Source: Archaeoglobaceae archaeon
GTDB lineage: Archaea; Halobacteriota; Archaeoglobi; Archaeoglobales; Archaeoglobaceae
Assembly (NCBI GenBank): GCA_027036775.1
Contig: JALWDS010000044.1
Coordinates: 6,260 to 70,259, forward strand
Direction: 5' to 3'
Length of the DNA: 64,000 bases
Every line of letters starts with the position of its first letter. The stretch's first letter is position 1. Under the pieces are notes generated by a model. The model did no database searches. It was not told the origin of the DNA and saw only the letters and a program-made list of their open reading frames with translations. Of the stretch, positions 25,563-35,704 are shown in pieces. The position numbers and the translations under genes are program-made.

Positions 25563-26564
25563 TTAAACGTTGAGTTTGAATGGAACGGGGGTGAAGCACG
25601 ACAAACCTATTGCGAACGTCACAACTCCAATACAAATCCTCTTGAAGTCGAGAGGGCTTTCGTCCTCCATCCTCGGATGAGGGTGCATTGCGAAAAACAC
25701 CGTAATTAGCCCCCAGAAGAACCATATCGGTGATCTCGTTAAAAAACCGAGGGCTATGAGTAGGAGAGGTATGAACTTCGAGACGTAATCCGCCTTTTCA
25801 CCTACCATGGCCCTCAAGACGTGACCCCCGTCAAGCTGTCCGACCGGGATTAGATTGAGGAACGTGACGAACATCCCCACCCATCCAGCGAAGGCGACTG
25901 GATGAATGAAGTATCCCTTGAAGTTTGCAAGTTTTGCTATGAAGTCGAATAGGGGTGGTATCCCGAGTATTATGTAAGTTCCACCGCCGTTGGCGACGAA
26001 CCTCATCTTCAAACCGATGTATGTGACAACAATCGACGCGATTATCCCAAAGATGGGTCCAGATACTCCGACGTCAAACAGAGCCTTTCTATTTGGAATA
26101 ACACCCCTGTGCCTTATAACCGCCCCGAGGGTTCCTATCAAACTCGGGAAGGGGATGAAGTAAGGTAGAGACGTCTTCATCCCCCACCTTCTCGCGAAAA
26201 TGTAGTGACCCATCTCGTGAAATCCCAAGACGAACATTATTGCCAAGGAGAACTCCATCCCTCCTATCAGATCGAACTTCCCGAACATCGTCGCTCCCAT
26301 TACGGTGGTAGAAACGAATGTCGCAATCAGTAAGGCTACGTTTACCCAAATCCTCTCCCTATACTCCTTCAGCTCGAGAACGAAACCGCTGGAAGTTGAA
26401 ATAACCCTTACGTCGTATCTGTCGCCCATCCTCCTAAGGAGTTTTTGAAGTCCCTCGAAGTCCACGGGGTATATGAAAAATCTGACGCCATCCTTAAATT
26501 TCTCCTGACCGTAAACGATTGCAAACCTTTCAATCTCCGATCTCAACGTATCCGTCATACGCAT
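25563..26564 (-). CDS. Site-2 protease (peptidase M50)
   Basis: HEMGH and NLIPVGQLDGGH motifs; multi-TM. Confidence 0.92.
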   Translation of the reverse strand: MRMTDTLRSEIERFAIVYGQEKFKDGVRFFIYPVDFEGLQKLLRRMGDRYDVRVISTSSGFVLELKEYRERIWVNVALLIATFVSTTVMGATMFGKFDLIGGMEFSLAIMFVLGFHEMGHYIFARRWGMKTSLPYFIPFPSLIGTLGAVIRHRGVIPNRKALFDVGVSGPIFGIIASIVVTYIGLKMRFVANGGGTYIILGIPPLFDFIAKLANFKGYFIHPVAFAGWVGMFVTFLNLIPVGQLDGGHVLRAMVGEKADYVSKFIPLLLIALGFLTRSPIWFFWGLITVFFAMHPHPRMEDESPLDFKRICIGVVTFAIGLSCFTPVPFKLNV

Positions 26565-26931
26565 TGACTATCACGTGATCTCCGCTCTTAAAAATACGTA
26601 GCGGATCTTTCTCCAACCTGTCCATGAGAGGTATCTCCGCTATTATAGCCCCCACCGCAATTATCGGCTCGGTTTCGACGTTTATTATGGCCTTTGGAGC
26701 TGTTCCCTTCTTCTTCATCCTCAAGAGAACGTAAGTTCCGACGGTCGAACCCCTTCCCTTTGGAAAAACGAAGATCTTTTTAGATATCCTCTCTCCGAAG
26801 ATGTCGCTGTCCTCCGCAACAACTTCTCCCGTTTCGACATCAACGTCACCCAAAAACGAAAACTTCCTTCCGCTCACGACAACCTCACCCTCGGCGTAAC
26901 CCTTTGATATAACCCTCCCCCTGACCTTCAC
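26530..26931 (-). CDS. DUF126 aconitase X swiveling-domain subunit (phosphomevalonate dehydratase small subunit-like)
   Basis: SFLGDVD, KGRGSTVG, EPIIAVGAII. Confidence 0.85.
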   Translation of the reverse strand: MKVRGRVISKGYAEGEVVVSGRKFSFLGDVDVETGEVVAEDSDIFGERISKKIFVFPKGRGSTVGTYVLLRMKKKGTAPKAIINVETEPIIAVGAIIAEIPLMDRLEKDPLRIFKSGDHVIVNAYDGYVEIGD

Positions 26932-26962
26932 AATCCGTAAAGACTTCGATCGTTTAAAACGT

Positions 26963-28108
26963 TTACTTGGTGTAAGCGTCGTATCTCGCCTTTACCTCCT
27001 CAGGTGTCAAGGCTCGATTCCAAACGTATACTTCGTCTATAACGCCTCCAAAAGACGGGTATCCGGGGGCACCACCGATTGCGGTAACGTAATCAGTCTT
27101 AACAGCTTTAGCTGGCAACGACTTCGAATCGACGAGCTTCCCGTTTACGTAAAGCTTAACTGACCTTCCGTCCGAAGTTAACACCACGTAATACCACGAG
27201 TCCCTCTTTAAGAGGTATCCGGTGTAACCGCCAACTCGACCCGATAACGTATAGACGTAGTAGCCCAGATCGGCGGAGTTTGGATCGCTTGTCCCAACGA
27301 ACAGCCACACCTTGTATCCGTATGTGTAGTTGCCAACGTAGATTATCGTCTTTCCCCATCCCGTTTCACCCTCCCACTTTATCCACGCTTCGTAGGTGAA
27401 CGTGTTTCCCGTCTCTATCGCGTGAACAGCGTTATCGTAGAACGAAAACAGATAAAGCAAACCCTTAGACGAGCTCCAAAACCTGTAAGCCATGCCGTTA
27501 ATTCCCCTTGCCCAAGCGGAATTCAAATCGTTCCAGCCAGCGATGTCCAAGTCTCTTCCGTTTCCGCTCAAGTCGAAAACTTCCCTCTTGTTCGCTGGAA
27601 GAGACGTGACCAACGTCCTGTTGAAACCTTCAAAGTGCCACTCCGCCATCAAACCGTTTTCCGCACTCTTGACGACCGACTTTTTAACCGTAACTTCTTT
27701 GCTGTAAATTACCGAACCCCATTCACCAGAAAATAGGGACATCCCACCCACACCGATTGAAATCCAAATCTCCTGACCAACCTTGCTCCCCACTGGAACT
27801 ACCTCTACCCCTTCGTCTCCAGCGTGCATGACACCCTTTTTTGTGAACGGATGGAATTTGAACGTTCTACCGTTGACGGTTAAGAACATCTGCTCGTTGT
27901 TAAAGATGAGAGGATCGCCTCCGAGATGTCTTACGTATATCTTGGTTGCGTTTGCTTTATCTACAGTGTATGCTTCGACATCAAGCATGACGTTTGGAGA
28001 GGGATGAAAGTAAACGTTCGAGAGTTTGAAAATTGCGGTAACGAGTATGACCGTTATCAAAAGCATCATCAAAATTCCGACAGTTTGAGAGATCGAACGG
28101 TTATCCAT
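26963..28108 (-). CDS. Type IV pilin-like protein with C-terminal LamG domain
   Basis: Class III signal-like N-terminus RSISQTVGILMMLLITVIL, HLGGDPL, and LamG motifs (WYYVVLT, LYVNG, GVIDEVYVWNRALT). Confidence 0.8.
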   Translation of the reverse strand: MDNRSISQTVGILMMLLITVILVTAIFKLSNVYFHPSPNVMLDVEAYTVDKANATKIYVRHLGGDPLIFNNEQMFLTVNGRTFKFHPFTKKGVMHAGDEGVEVVPVGSKVGQEIWISIGVGGMSLFSGEWGSVIYSKEVTVKKSVVKSAENGLMAEWHFEGFNRTLVTSLPANKREVFDLSGNGRDLDIAGWNDLNSAWARGINGMAYRFWSSSKGLLYLFSFYDNAVHAIETGNTFTYEAWIKWEGETGWGKTIIYVGNYTYGYKVWLFVGTSDPNSADLGYYVYTLSGRVGGYTGYLLKRDSWYYVVLTSDGRSVKLYVNGKLVDSKSLPAKAVKTDYVTAIGGAPGYPSFGGVIDEVYVWNRALTPEEVKARYDAYTK

Positions 28109-28188
28109 CGGCTAACATTCGATCCTAATTATTTGTATTTTACTCAACTGAGCGATGTTTTTATAATCAAATGGTCGAACGGGATGCG

Positions 28189-29763
28189 ATGAAAGTTTTG
28201 GTTGCGGATCCGATAGCGGAAGAGGCTATAGATTTCATGAGGAAGAACGGACTCGAAGTTGACGTTAAAACCGACATCTCTCACGAGGAACTGTTGGACA
28301 TAGTAAGGGATTACGACGCCTTGATAGTGAGGAGCAGAACCAAGGTTACGAGGGATGTTATAGAGAGAGCGGAGAAGCTTAAAATCATAGGAAGGGCTGG
28401 GGTTGGAGTTGACAACATAGACGTGAGCTTTGCAACGGAAAGGGGGATAGTAGTTGTTAACGCTCCGGGTGGAAACAGCGTTTCCGCTGCGGAACACACG
28501 ATCGGTTTGATAATCTCTCTCGTTAGGAAGATCCCTCAGGCTGATAGAAGCGTTAAGGAGGGGAAGTGGGAGAGAAAGAAGTTTGTTGGAATCGAGTTGA
28601 GGGGTAAGACATTGGGTATAATAGGTTTGGGTAGGATCGGTTACGAAGTAGCCAAGAGGATGAGATGCTTCGAGATGAACATACTGGCTTACGATCCCTA
28701 CGTTAGCGAGGAGAGGGCTAAAAGCGTTGGAGCCAAGTTGGTTGACCTTGAGGAGCTCTTGAAGAATTCGGATATAATAACGATCCACGTTCCAAAAACT
28801 AAGGAGACTGAGAAGATGATATCCTACAGGGAGTTCGAAATGATGAAGGACGGAGTTTACATAGTGAACGCTGCGAGGGGTGGGATAGTAGATGAAAGGG
28901 CCCTATACGACGCTATAGTGAGCAGTAAGGTTGCCGGAGCGGCTTTGGACGTTTACGAGAGGGAACCGCCAGATAAGGACAACCCCCTTCTGAAGCTTGA
29001 AAACGTGGTCACGACTCCTCACATTGGTGCATCGACGAGAGAGGCTCAGATGATAGTCGGAATGACCGTAGCAGAGGATATAGTGAACTTCTTCAAGGGA
29101 CTCCCCGTTAAGAACGCGGTAAACCTACCGAGCGTCGCTCCGGAGGATTACAGCTACCTCATGCCCTTCGTCGAATTGGCTGAAAAGATGGGTAAGATTG
29201 CGTGTGCGAGGTTGAACGGCGTTTTCAACAGGGTTAAGATAACCTTTAGGGGTGAGATAGCAAGGAGAAATACTGAAATAGTTACGAGGGCTTTACTCAT
29301 GGGACTTTTAAATCAAATCCTTTCGGGTGTCAACATAGTTTCGGCACCCATCGTAGCCAAGGAGAGGGGTATCGTGGTGGAGCAGAGTAGAATTGAGGAA
29401 TCTGACATCTATCCGAGTTTGATTGAAGTTACGGTTTCTAACGGGAAGGAGATATATTTGGAGGGGACATGCTTCGGTGAGGAGTGTAGGATATTGAAGA
29501 TAGACAAATACAAGGTTGACTTCGTTCCGAAGGGTCACTACATCATATCTCTCCACGAAGATAAACCCGGTGTAATAGGTAGGGTCGGAACACTCTTGGG
29601 AAGCTACAACATAAACATAGCGGGTATGATAGTTGGAAGGCACGGAGGTAAGGGGGGAATACAGCTCATGCTCCTACTTTTAGACGATCCGCCAAGTGAG
29701 GAGGTTTTGAGGAAGATGGTCGAACTGGAAAGTATAATAGACGCGACTTACGTCTATCTATGA
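28189..29763 (+). CDS. serA: D-3-phosphoglycerate dehydrogenase
   Basis: GRAGVGVDNID, GLGRIG, TPHIGAST, C-terminal ACT domain (HEDKPGVIG). Confidence 0.96.
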   Translation: MKVLVADPIAEEAIDFMRKNGLEVDVKTDISHEELLDIVRDYDALIVRSRTKVTRDVIERAEKLKIIGRAGVGVDNIDVSFATERGIVVVNAPGGNSVSAAEHTIGLIISLVRKIPQADRSVKEGKWERKKFVGIELRGKTLGIIGLGRIGYEVAKRMRCFEMNILAYDPYVSEERAKSVGAKLVDLEELLKNSDIITIHVPKTKETEKMISYREFEMMKDGVYIVNAARGGIVDERALYDAIVSSKVAGAALDVYEREPPDKDNPLLKLENVVTTPHIGASTREAQMIVGMTVAEDIVNFFKGLPVKNAVNLPSVAPEDYSYLMPFVELAEKMGKIACARLNGVFNRVKITFRGEIARRNTEIVTRALLMGLLNQILSGVNIVSAPIVAKERGIVVEQSRIEESDIYPSLIEVTVSNGKEIYLEGTCFGEECRILKIDKYKVDFVPKGHYIISLHEDKPGVIGRVGTLLGSYNINIAGMIVGRHGGKGGIQLMLLLLDDPPSEEVLRKMVELESIIDATYVYL

Positions 29764-30338
29764 TGAAGGTCGTCGAATACTGTGACGTGTGCGACGATGA
29801 AACTGAGCACGAGGTTGTTAGGGAGGACAAGCACCTCTACAGGTGTAGGGTCTGCGGTAGCGTGAGGCAGATAACACCCGAGAGGGAGGTAAGCGTTAAG
29901 GCCATAGTAAGCACATCGGGCGAGAGCGAGGTCGGTAGGGTTAGGGTTAAGGAGAGCGAGGTCTTCAGGATCGGTGAAGAGATAGTCGTCGAGGTGGGTG
30001 ACGAGGTTAAGGTCGGTGAGATAAGGGCGATAGAGCTTAGAGACGGTAAGAGGGTTGAGTTTGCAATTGCCAAAGACGTTTACGCCCTGTGGCTTAGGAA
30101 CGTTGGAGAAGTCGATGTAAAGTTCAGTTTGCACAAGGGTGCGGTAACAACGCCCTACAAGATGAGAACAACTGGGGAAACGGAATTCGAGATCGGTGAG
30201 AGGATAAACATAGACAACTACGTGTTCAGGATAACGAGGATAAAGAGGTTGGACGGCAAACTCCTAAAGAGGAGGGGTGAAAAGGCGAAGGCCAAGGAGA
30301 TAAAGAGAATTTACGCCATGTTCGAGAGGAAGGTATGA
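29760..30338 (+). CDS. Archaeal Zn-finger protein (HVO_0476-like)
   Basis: CDVC...HEV...CRVCG N-terminus; conserved C-terminal IKRIYA. Confidence 0.8.
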   Translation: MMKVVEYCDVCDDETEHEVVREDKHLYRCRVCGSVRQITPEREVSVKAIVSTSGESEVGRVRVKESEVFRIGEEIVVEVGDEVKVGEIRAIELRDGKRVEFAIAKDVYALWLRNVGEVDVKFSLHKGAVTTPYKMRTTGETEFEIGERINIDNYVFRITRIKRLDGKLLKRRGEKAKAKEIKRIYAMFERKV

Positions 30339-31213
30339 GGTTCAGAGATTTTGTGGAAGTTAAAGATCATTACCTCTCGGTTCTTAAGGGTGGAAACCCG
30401 ATAGTTTGCGTTCTGAGATACGCTCCAAACGGGGATAGGGTTAAGGACGGAAAAAACTACGGGAAGGTTGACCACTCCGAAGCTGGTAAATACCTTTCAG
30501 AGTTTTACAGAGATGGACTGCACTACATTCCCTTGGAAATTGTTGATAGGCACTACGACGCCATGAAGATGTTGAGAGAAGTTTGCGAGAGGGACGAATG
30601 CGTTAAAAGGGTGGCCGATTTCTTCAAACTTGAAAAGATGGGTGTGACTGGTTCAAGACTCGTAGGGTTGGCCAAAGACGATTCGGATGTCGACTTCGTT
30701 TTGTATGACGAATGTTTTGATATTGGTAGGGAGATGATAAGGAGGGGAATTGAAAGGGGGATTTTGGACGAACCCGACTTCGAGGAGGTTTACAGGAAGA
30801 GGAAGGTTTCCCTACCATACGAGGTTTTTGAAGTTCACGAAAGGAGAAAGTTTAATAAAGCGGTTTTGAACGGAGTTAGGTTCGACATACTCTACGTCGG
30901 GGGAGACGTTAGGTTGGTGAGGGGCAAGAGGGTTGGGAAGTTGACCGTTAGGGGGAGAGTAGTTGAGGCGAAACCCTTCGATTACCCCGCGGTTTACAGG
31001 TTGAACGATTGCGAGATACTATGTTACACGCACACCTTCGTAGGTCAGGCCTTCGTTGGGGAATTTGTTGAGGCGAGGGGCGTTTTGGAGGTTTTGAACG
31101 GTAACAGAATCTTGATAGTGGGAAGTAGGAGGGACGTTGAAGACGAATATGTCGTATCTCTAACGCTTCTCGAGAGGGAGGGGATTTGGTATGATTTCGA
31201 AAGGCTCAAGTAG
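30335..31213 (+). CDS. Nucleotidyltransferase-domain protein (COG1665-like)
   Basis: GVTGSRLVG...SDVDFV polymerase-beta-like motif. Confidence 0.8.
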   Translation: MRFRDFVEVKDHYLSVLKGGNPIVCVLRYAPNGDRVKDGKNYGKVDHSEAGKYLSEFYRDGLHYIPLEIVDRHYDAMKMLREVCERDECVKRVADFFKLEKMGVTGSRLVGLAKDDSDVDFVLYDECFDIGREMIRRGIERGILDEPDFEEVYRKRKVSLPYEVFEVHERRKFNKAVLNGVRFDILYVGGDVRLVRGKRVGKLTVRGRVVEAKPFDYPAVYRLNDCEILCYTHTFVGQAFVGEFVEARGVLEVLNGNRILIVGSRRDVEDEYVVSLTLLEREGIWYDFERLK

Positions 31214-31232
31214 GTTTAACAGACCTCTTGTG

Positions 31233-31799
31233 GTGGGTGAGAACTTGATAAGGTTTTTGGATAAGGTGGTGGAGCACATACAGGACGTTAAGAGAAACTT
31301 GGACTTCAAAAAGATAGAGGAGTTCATATCCGCACTGGAAGATGCGAGGAGTGTTTTCGTCATGGGTGCTGGGAGGAGCGGTTTTGTAGCTAAGGCGTTT
31401 GCCATGCGTTTGATGCACTTGGGATACAACGTTTACGTTGTTGGAGAAACCGTAACTCCGAGGATAAAGCCCGAAGACTTACTCATTGCAATATCGGGCT
31501 CTGGAGAAACACTGTCCGTTGTCAACATAAGCAGGAAGGCTAAGGAGGAGATAGGTTCGAAACTCGTGGCGGTAACCCAGAGACCCAACTCAACTCTTGC
31601 GAAGATGAGCGACATAGTTATAGTCCTAAAGGGTAAAACCAAAGACGACAGAAATCACGAGCTTTCAAAACTCGCGCCCCTCGGAACACTCTTCGAGCTA
31701 ACCGCTCTGATATTCTTGGACGGATTGGTTGCGGAAATAATGAACATGAAGGAGCTTACGGAGGAGGATTTGGCCGAGAGGCATGCGGTTTTGGAGTAA
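31233..31799 (+). CDS. hxlB: 6-phospho-3-hexuloisomerase
   Basis: GAGRSG, MRLMHLG, VGETVTP, SGSGET, PLGTLFE; start codon uncertain. Confidence 0.92.
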   Translation: MGENLIRFLDKVVEHIQDVKRNLDFKKIEEFISALEDARSVFVMGAGRSGFVAKAFAMRLMHLGYNVYVVGETVTPRIKPEDLLIAISGSGETLSVVNISRKAKEEIGSKLVAVTQRPNSTLAKMSDIVIVLKGKTKDDRNHELSKLAPLGTLFELTALIFLDGLVAEIMNMKELTEEDLAERHAVLE

Positions 31800-32792
31800 C
31801 TAACCTCTCTGAATTTTGGCGTGCATCCCTATTATGGAGTTGCTCAGGTCTATACCTCTTATTTCGCAGTCCTCGTCTATTATGGACCTAAAAACCTTGG
31901 CGTTTCTTATTACGCTCTTCCTAAATATCACGGACTCGCTTATATCCGCATTTTCAACGATGCAGTTCTCACCTACGTAGGCGTATGGCCCAACGATCGA
32001 CCTGCCCCTAACCACTGCACCCCTTTCTATCACAACTGGGGGAATTATCTTGGCGTATCTGTCTATCTCCGCCTTTTCGTCAACGTAGTGTTCGATGTAG
32101 AACCTTAAAGCTTCGAGGTAGGAGTCCGCATTTCCCACATCGTACCACAAACCGCTGAAGGTGTATCCGTAAACGTCCGTTCTTTCGCAGAGCCAAGATA
32201 TGAAGCTACCCAAGTTGTCGCTGTGCATGTTTGAGCTTACGTAATCCTGCAGAAGATCCTTAACGTCCTTAGGTAGGATGTAGAGTGCGATACCCACCAA
32301 ACTCGATCTCGGCTCCTTCGGCTTCTCGTAAAATCTGACTATCCTATCCCCCTCCATCTCGACACTGCTGTACCTCTTAACGAGTTCCAAATCTCCAACG
32401 TCGTATAAACCGACGACGCAACTCCCCTTCTCCCTGTAGTAGTTCACGAAACCGTCGAGTTCGAACGAGAATATGTTGTCACCCGCAACGACGAGCATGT
32501 CGTCTTTCAAAATCTTAGAAACTTCAGCCAAAGCTCTTACAGCACCTAACTTCTCCTCCTCTCTCGTTGTGTTTTCAACAATGAGTTCCACATCCTTGCA
32601 TTCGGCCCACCTCTTGAAATCCTCCTCGAACCTCTTGTTTGTAGAAACGTAAACCTTCCCGAACTTCCTTACCTTTCTGTAAACGTGATCTATTATCGTA
32701 TCTTTGCCCACTGGTAAGAGGGGTTTGGCTTTGGTCATGGTTACGGGCCACAAACGGGTGGCGTATCCACCGGCCATTATTACTACATCCAT
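31800..32792 (-). CDS. Sugar-1-phosphate nucleotidyltransferase (NDP-sugar synthase)
   Basis: MAGGYATRLWP...KPLLP, WYDVG, C-terminal left-handed beta-helix repeats. Confidence 0.9.
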   Translation of the reverse strand: MDVVIMAGGYATRLWPVTMTKAKPLLPVGKDTIIDHVYRKVRKFGKVYVSTNKRFEEDFKRWAECKDVELIVENTTREEEKLGAVRALAEVSKILKDDMLVVAGDNIFSFELDGFVNYYREKGSCVVGLYDVGDLELVKRYSSVEMEGDRIVRFYEKPKEPRSSLVGIALYILPKDVKDLLQDYVSSNMHSDNLGSFISWLCERTDVYGYTFSGLWYDVGNADSYLEALRFYIEHYVDEKAEIDRYAKIIPPVVIERGAVVRGRSIVGPYAYVGENCIVENADISESVIFRKSVIRNAKVFRSIIDEDCEIRGIDLSNSIIGMHAKIQRG

Positions 32793-32858
32793 GTCAAGAA
32801 TTGGCCAATCGATAGAAATAGTTTTTGTGACAGATTTATAATAATTACGATTAAATAA

Positions 32859-33572
32859 TTAGCATATGGTGCTATAAAATTTTATCCTAACACCAGTTTC
32901 GTCAATATCCAACTTAAACTTACCCTTCTTATGAGATGTTCTCGTTGTCTTTGTGACTTCTATACAAACATTACCGTTATCTTCCCTTCTTAGACTGATC
33001 GTATTCTCTAAGGCGTGTTGAATTGCTACCTCAAAGAATTGGCTGTGCCCACCTCTTACTGCATTTACTATACCTACTCCTTCGACGTCCCATATCCATC
33101 CGTGAAATCTTTGAATAAAATCGTAGGCTTTCCGTTCTCCTTGTAGAAACGCTATCGATGAAATCGAATCTAATACAAACACATGATGTTCAGACTCTAA
33201 AACGAGTTTTCTAACCGTTGATACGAGATCGTCAAAATCTCTCGGATTGCATAGATACACACCTTTTGAAGATTCTTCTTTTCCTATAAATAAATCTACG
33301 AATTTTATTAATCCTCTTTCTTCGAGGTTTGTGGGATCTATTCCCATACTTCTCATGTTCAGTTTAACATCTAAAGGCGGTCGATCTATACAGAGGTACG
33401 TGCATTTAAAACCTTCATTGGCTTGATGGTAGAGGATGTGCTGACACAAGACACTTTTACCAGTGCCTACATCTCCTATAATCAATAAAACAGATGGGAT
33501 GGGTAAACCTCCGTTTAATATGTTGTCCAATTCTTTAATACCTGTAGATACTCTTGTAAATTTTGGCGTCAC
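32859..33572 (-). CDS. KaiC/RAD55-family RecA-like ATPase
   Basis: STGIKELDNILNGG, GDVGTGKS, VLDSIS. Confidence 0.85.
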   Translation of the reverse strand: MTPKFTRVSTGIKELDNILNGGLPIPSVLLIIGDVGTGKSVLCQHILYHQANEGFKCTYLCIDRPPLDVKLNMRSMGIDPTNLEERGLIKFVDLFIGKEESSKGVYLCNPRDFDDLVSTVRKLVLESEHHVFVLDSISSIAFLQGERKAYDFIQRFHGWIWDVEGVGIVNAVRGGHSQFFEVAIQHALENTISLRREDNGNVCIEVTKTTRTSHKKGKFKLDIDETGVRIKFYSTIC

Positions 33573-33587
33573 AAAAAGAATTGCTGG

Positions 33588-33639
33588 TACAGATATATTA
33601 ATGCTTTGGTTTTATTGATACAGATATATTAATGCTTTG
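33588..33639. repeat. 21-bp direct repeat x2 in the kaiC/nmd3 divergent promoter region
   Basis: TACAGATATATTAATGCTTTG at 33588-33608 and 33619-33639. Confidence 0.9.
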
Positions 33640-33693
33640 AAAGCTTAAACGACCTAAATATATAAATCCTTTACCCCTAACTCTTCAGTTAGT

Positions 33694-34683
33694 ATGAAGT
33701 GTGCGATATGCGGTGGAGAGGCTTTGATAGAGGGAATGTGCCTCGAATGCTATCTGAAGAGAGATAGACTCTCGTGGGTAGGGGACGTTATAGAAATCGT
33801 GAAATGTCCGAAGTGCGGTAGGTATTTTGTAAATAAGGTTTGGAAGGATCTGGATTTCGATTCAGCTCTGTTCGAGTCCATAGTTTCAAGAATAAGGGTT
33901 CATCCCCAATTCGAAGTTGAAGACGTTGAAGTGGAACAGTTGAATTCTGGTAGATGCGTCTTTAGGCTGATCGGCAACGTCGAGGGACGTGAGGTCGTTG
34001 ATGAGCTGAGCGTCGAGGTTAGAGTGAAGACGAGGACATGTGAGAGGTGCGCAATGATTTCGGGAGGATACTACGAAGCTGTAGTTCAGATCAGAGCTGA
34101 CGATAGAAGGGTGGAGGATTTCGAGCTCGAAAAGGTTAAAGATGTGATTGAGAGAATCTTGGAAAAAGAAAGGGACAACGTGAAGGCTTTCGTCAGCAAA
34201 GTCGTTGAGAGAAGGGAGGGAATCGATTTTTACTTCGGAGATAAGAACGTGGGCAGGAAGGTTTCGAGGGAAATAGCCAAGGTCTTGGGTGGTAAGATAA
34301 TTGAGAGCAGAAAGCTCCACACGAGGAAGGACGGAAGGGACGTATACAGATACACCTTTGCTGTCAGACTACCGTGTTACAGGGTTGGAGACGTTGTTAG
34401 AGAGGGCGAAAGGATATGCGTCGTCGTAGGTGTGGGGAAGGGAGTGGATGTGACAAACTACGCTTCCGTAAACCTCAAGGAGCCTAAGGTTGTAAAGAGG
34501 AGGGAAGATTTGGAGAAGGGAGTTGTTGTAAACTACGACGACTACGTTGTAGAGATTGCGAGCGAGAGGGGTTTGGTTAAGGCTGTCAAATCCTTCGACG
34601 TCGATTTGGGTGAGGAGGTTTACTACTTCGAATACGGTTCCAGATGTTACGTTATCCCTTCAAGGTTTTATGAAGGCGGTTAG
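33694..34683 (+). CDS. nmd3: NMD3-family ribosome biogenesis protein
   Basis: Four CxxC pairs; GGYYEAVVQIRA. Confidence 0.9.
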   Translation: MKCAICGGEALIEGMCLECYLKRDRLSWVGDVIEIVKCPKCGRYFVNKVWKDLDFDSALFESIVSRIRVHPQFEVEDVEVEQLNSGRCVFRLIGNVEGREVVDELSVEVRVKTRTCERCAMISGGYYEAVVQIRADDRRVEDFELEKVKDVIERILEKERDNVKAFVSKVVERREGIDFYFGDKNVGRKVSREIAKVLGGKIIESRKLHTRKDGRDVYRYTFAVRLPCYRVGDVVREGERICVVVGVGKGVDVTNYASVNLKEPKVVKRREDLEKGVVVNYDDYVVEIASERGLVKAVKSFDVDLGEEVYYFEYGSRCYVIPSRFYEGG

Positions 34684-35671
34684 AGTTCCGAAGTTGAAGG
34701 CTGAAGAGGTCAGGAGGTTTGCGGAAAGGATTGGTGCAAAGGATAAGGATAGATACGTGGTTTGCAGGGGCGATTACGTAGAAATCCCTATATACGACGG
34801 CTTTGAAAAATACTTCGAAGGTTACGAGATAGTGGAGCAAGAGAATCCCGTTTTCGCACCAAAATCAGATCTATTCGAGCTTCTGAAGAATAAAATCCCT
34901 AAAGAGCTTTGGGATTACATTCCGAGGAGATACAAGATCGTCGGAGACGTCATTCTGATCAAAATTCCTAAAGAACTTGAGGAATACAAGAAGTTGATAG
35001 GAGAAACCCTTTTGAGAATTCACAGGAGGTGCAAGTCCGTTTGGAGGGATTTGGGGAAGGAGGGAATGATGAGGAAGCCCAAGGTTGAGCTTATAGCTGG
35101 TGAGGGGAGCGAGACAATTCATAGGGAAAACCGCTGTCTCTTCAAGCTTGACGTTACCAAGGTTATGTTCAGCGTCGGAAATCAGGGGGAGAGGATGAGA
35201 GTAGTTAAGCTCGTAGGTGAGGATGAAATCGTCGTGGATATGTTTGCGGGGATAGGATACTTCACCATACCGATAGCGGTTCACACCAAGGCAAGAAGGA
35301 TATACGCCATCGAGATAAATCCCGACTCATACCACTACCTACTTGAAAACGTTGAGATCAACAACGTTGAGAACGTCATACCAATTTTGGGCGATTCCAT
35401 GCACGTGACACCAGAGGGGGTTGCCGACAGGGTGATAATGGGTCACATAAACTGTCACGAGTTCTTACCAAAGGCCATAAAGGCGTTGAAGGGTGACGGA
35501 TACGTTCACTATCACGAGACAGTTCCTGAGGTTATTTTGGAGAGACCGATTGAGAGGGTTAAAAGGGCTTGCGAACTCCTTGGGAGGGAAGTCAAGATCG
35601 AAGGATTTAGAAAGGTGAAGAACTACTCGCCTGGTGTCGTTCACGTCGTTGTAGATGCCTACATCCACTGA
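34670..35671 (+). CDS. Trm5/TYW2 (Taw2)-family tRNA-modifying SAM-dependent transferase
   Basis: DVTKVMFSVGN, DMFAGIGYFTIP, ADRVIMG, VKNYSPGV. Confidence 0.85.
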   Translation: MKAVRVPKLKAEEVRRFAERIGAKDKDRYVVCRGDYVEIPIYDGFEKYFEGYEIVEQENPVFAPKSDLFELLKNKIPKELWDYIPRRYKIVGDVILIKIPKELEEYKKLIGETLLRIHRRCKSVWRDLGKEGMMRKPKVELIAGEGSETIHRENRCLFKLDVTKVMFSVGNQGERMRVVKLVGEDEIVVDMFAGIGYFTIPIAVHTKARRIYAIEINPDSYHYLLENVEINNVENVIPILGDSMHVTPEGVADRVIMGHINCHEFLPKAIKALKGDGYVHYHETVPEVILERPIERVKRACELLGREVKIEGFRKVKNYSPGVVHVVVDAYIH

Positions 35672-35704
35672 AACCGATAAATACTTTTGAATCCAAATAT
35701 CAAC

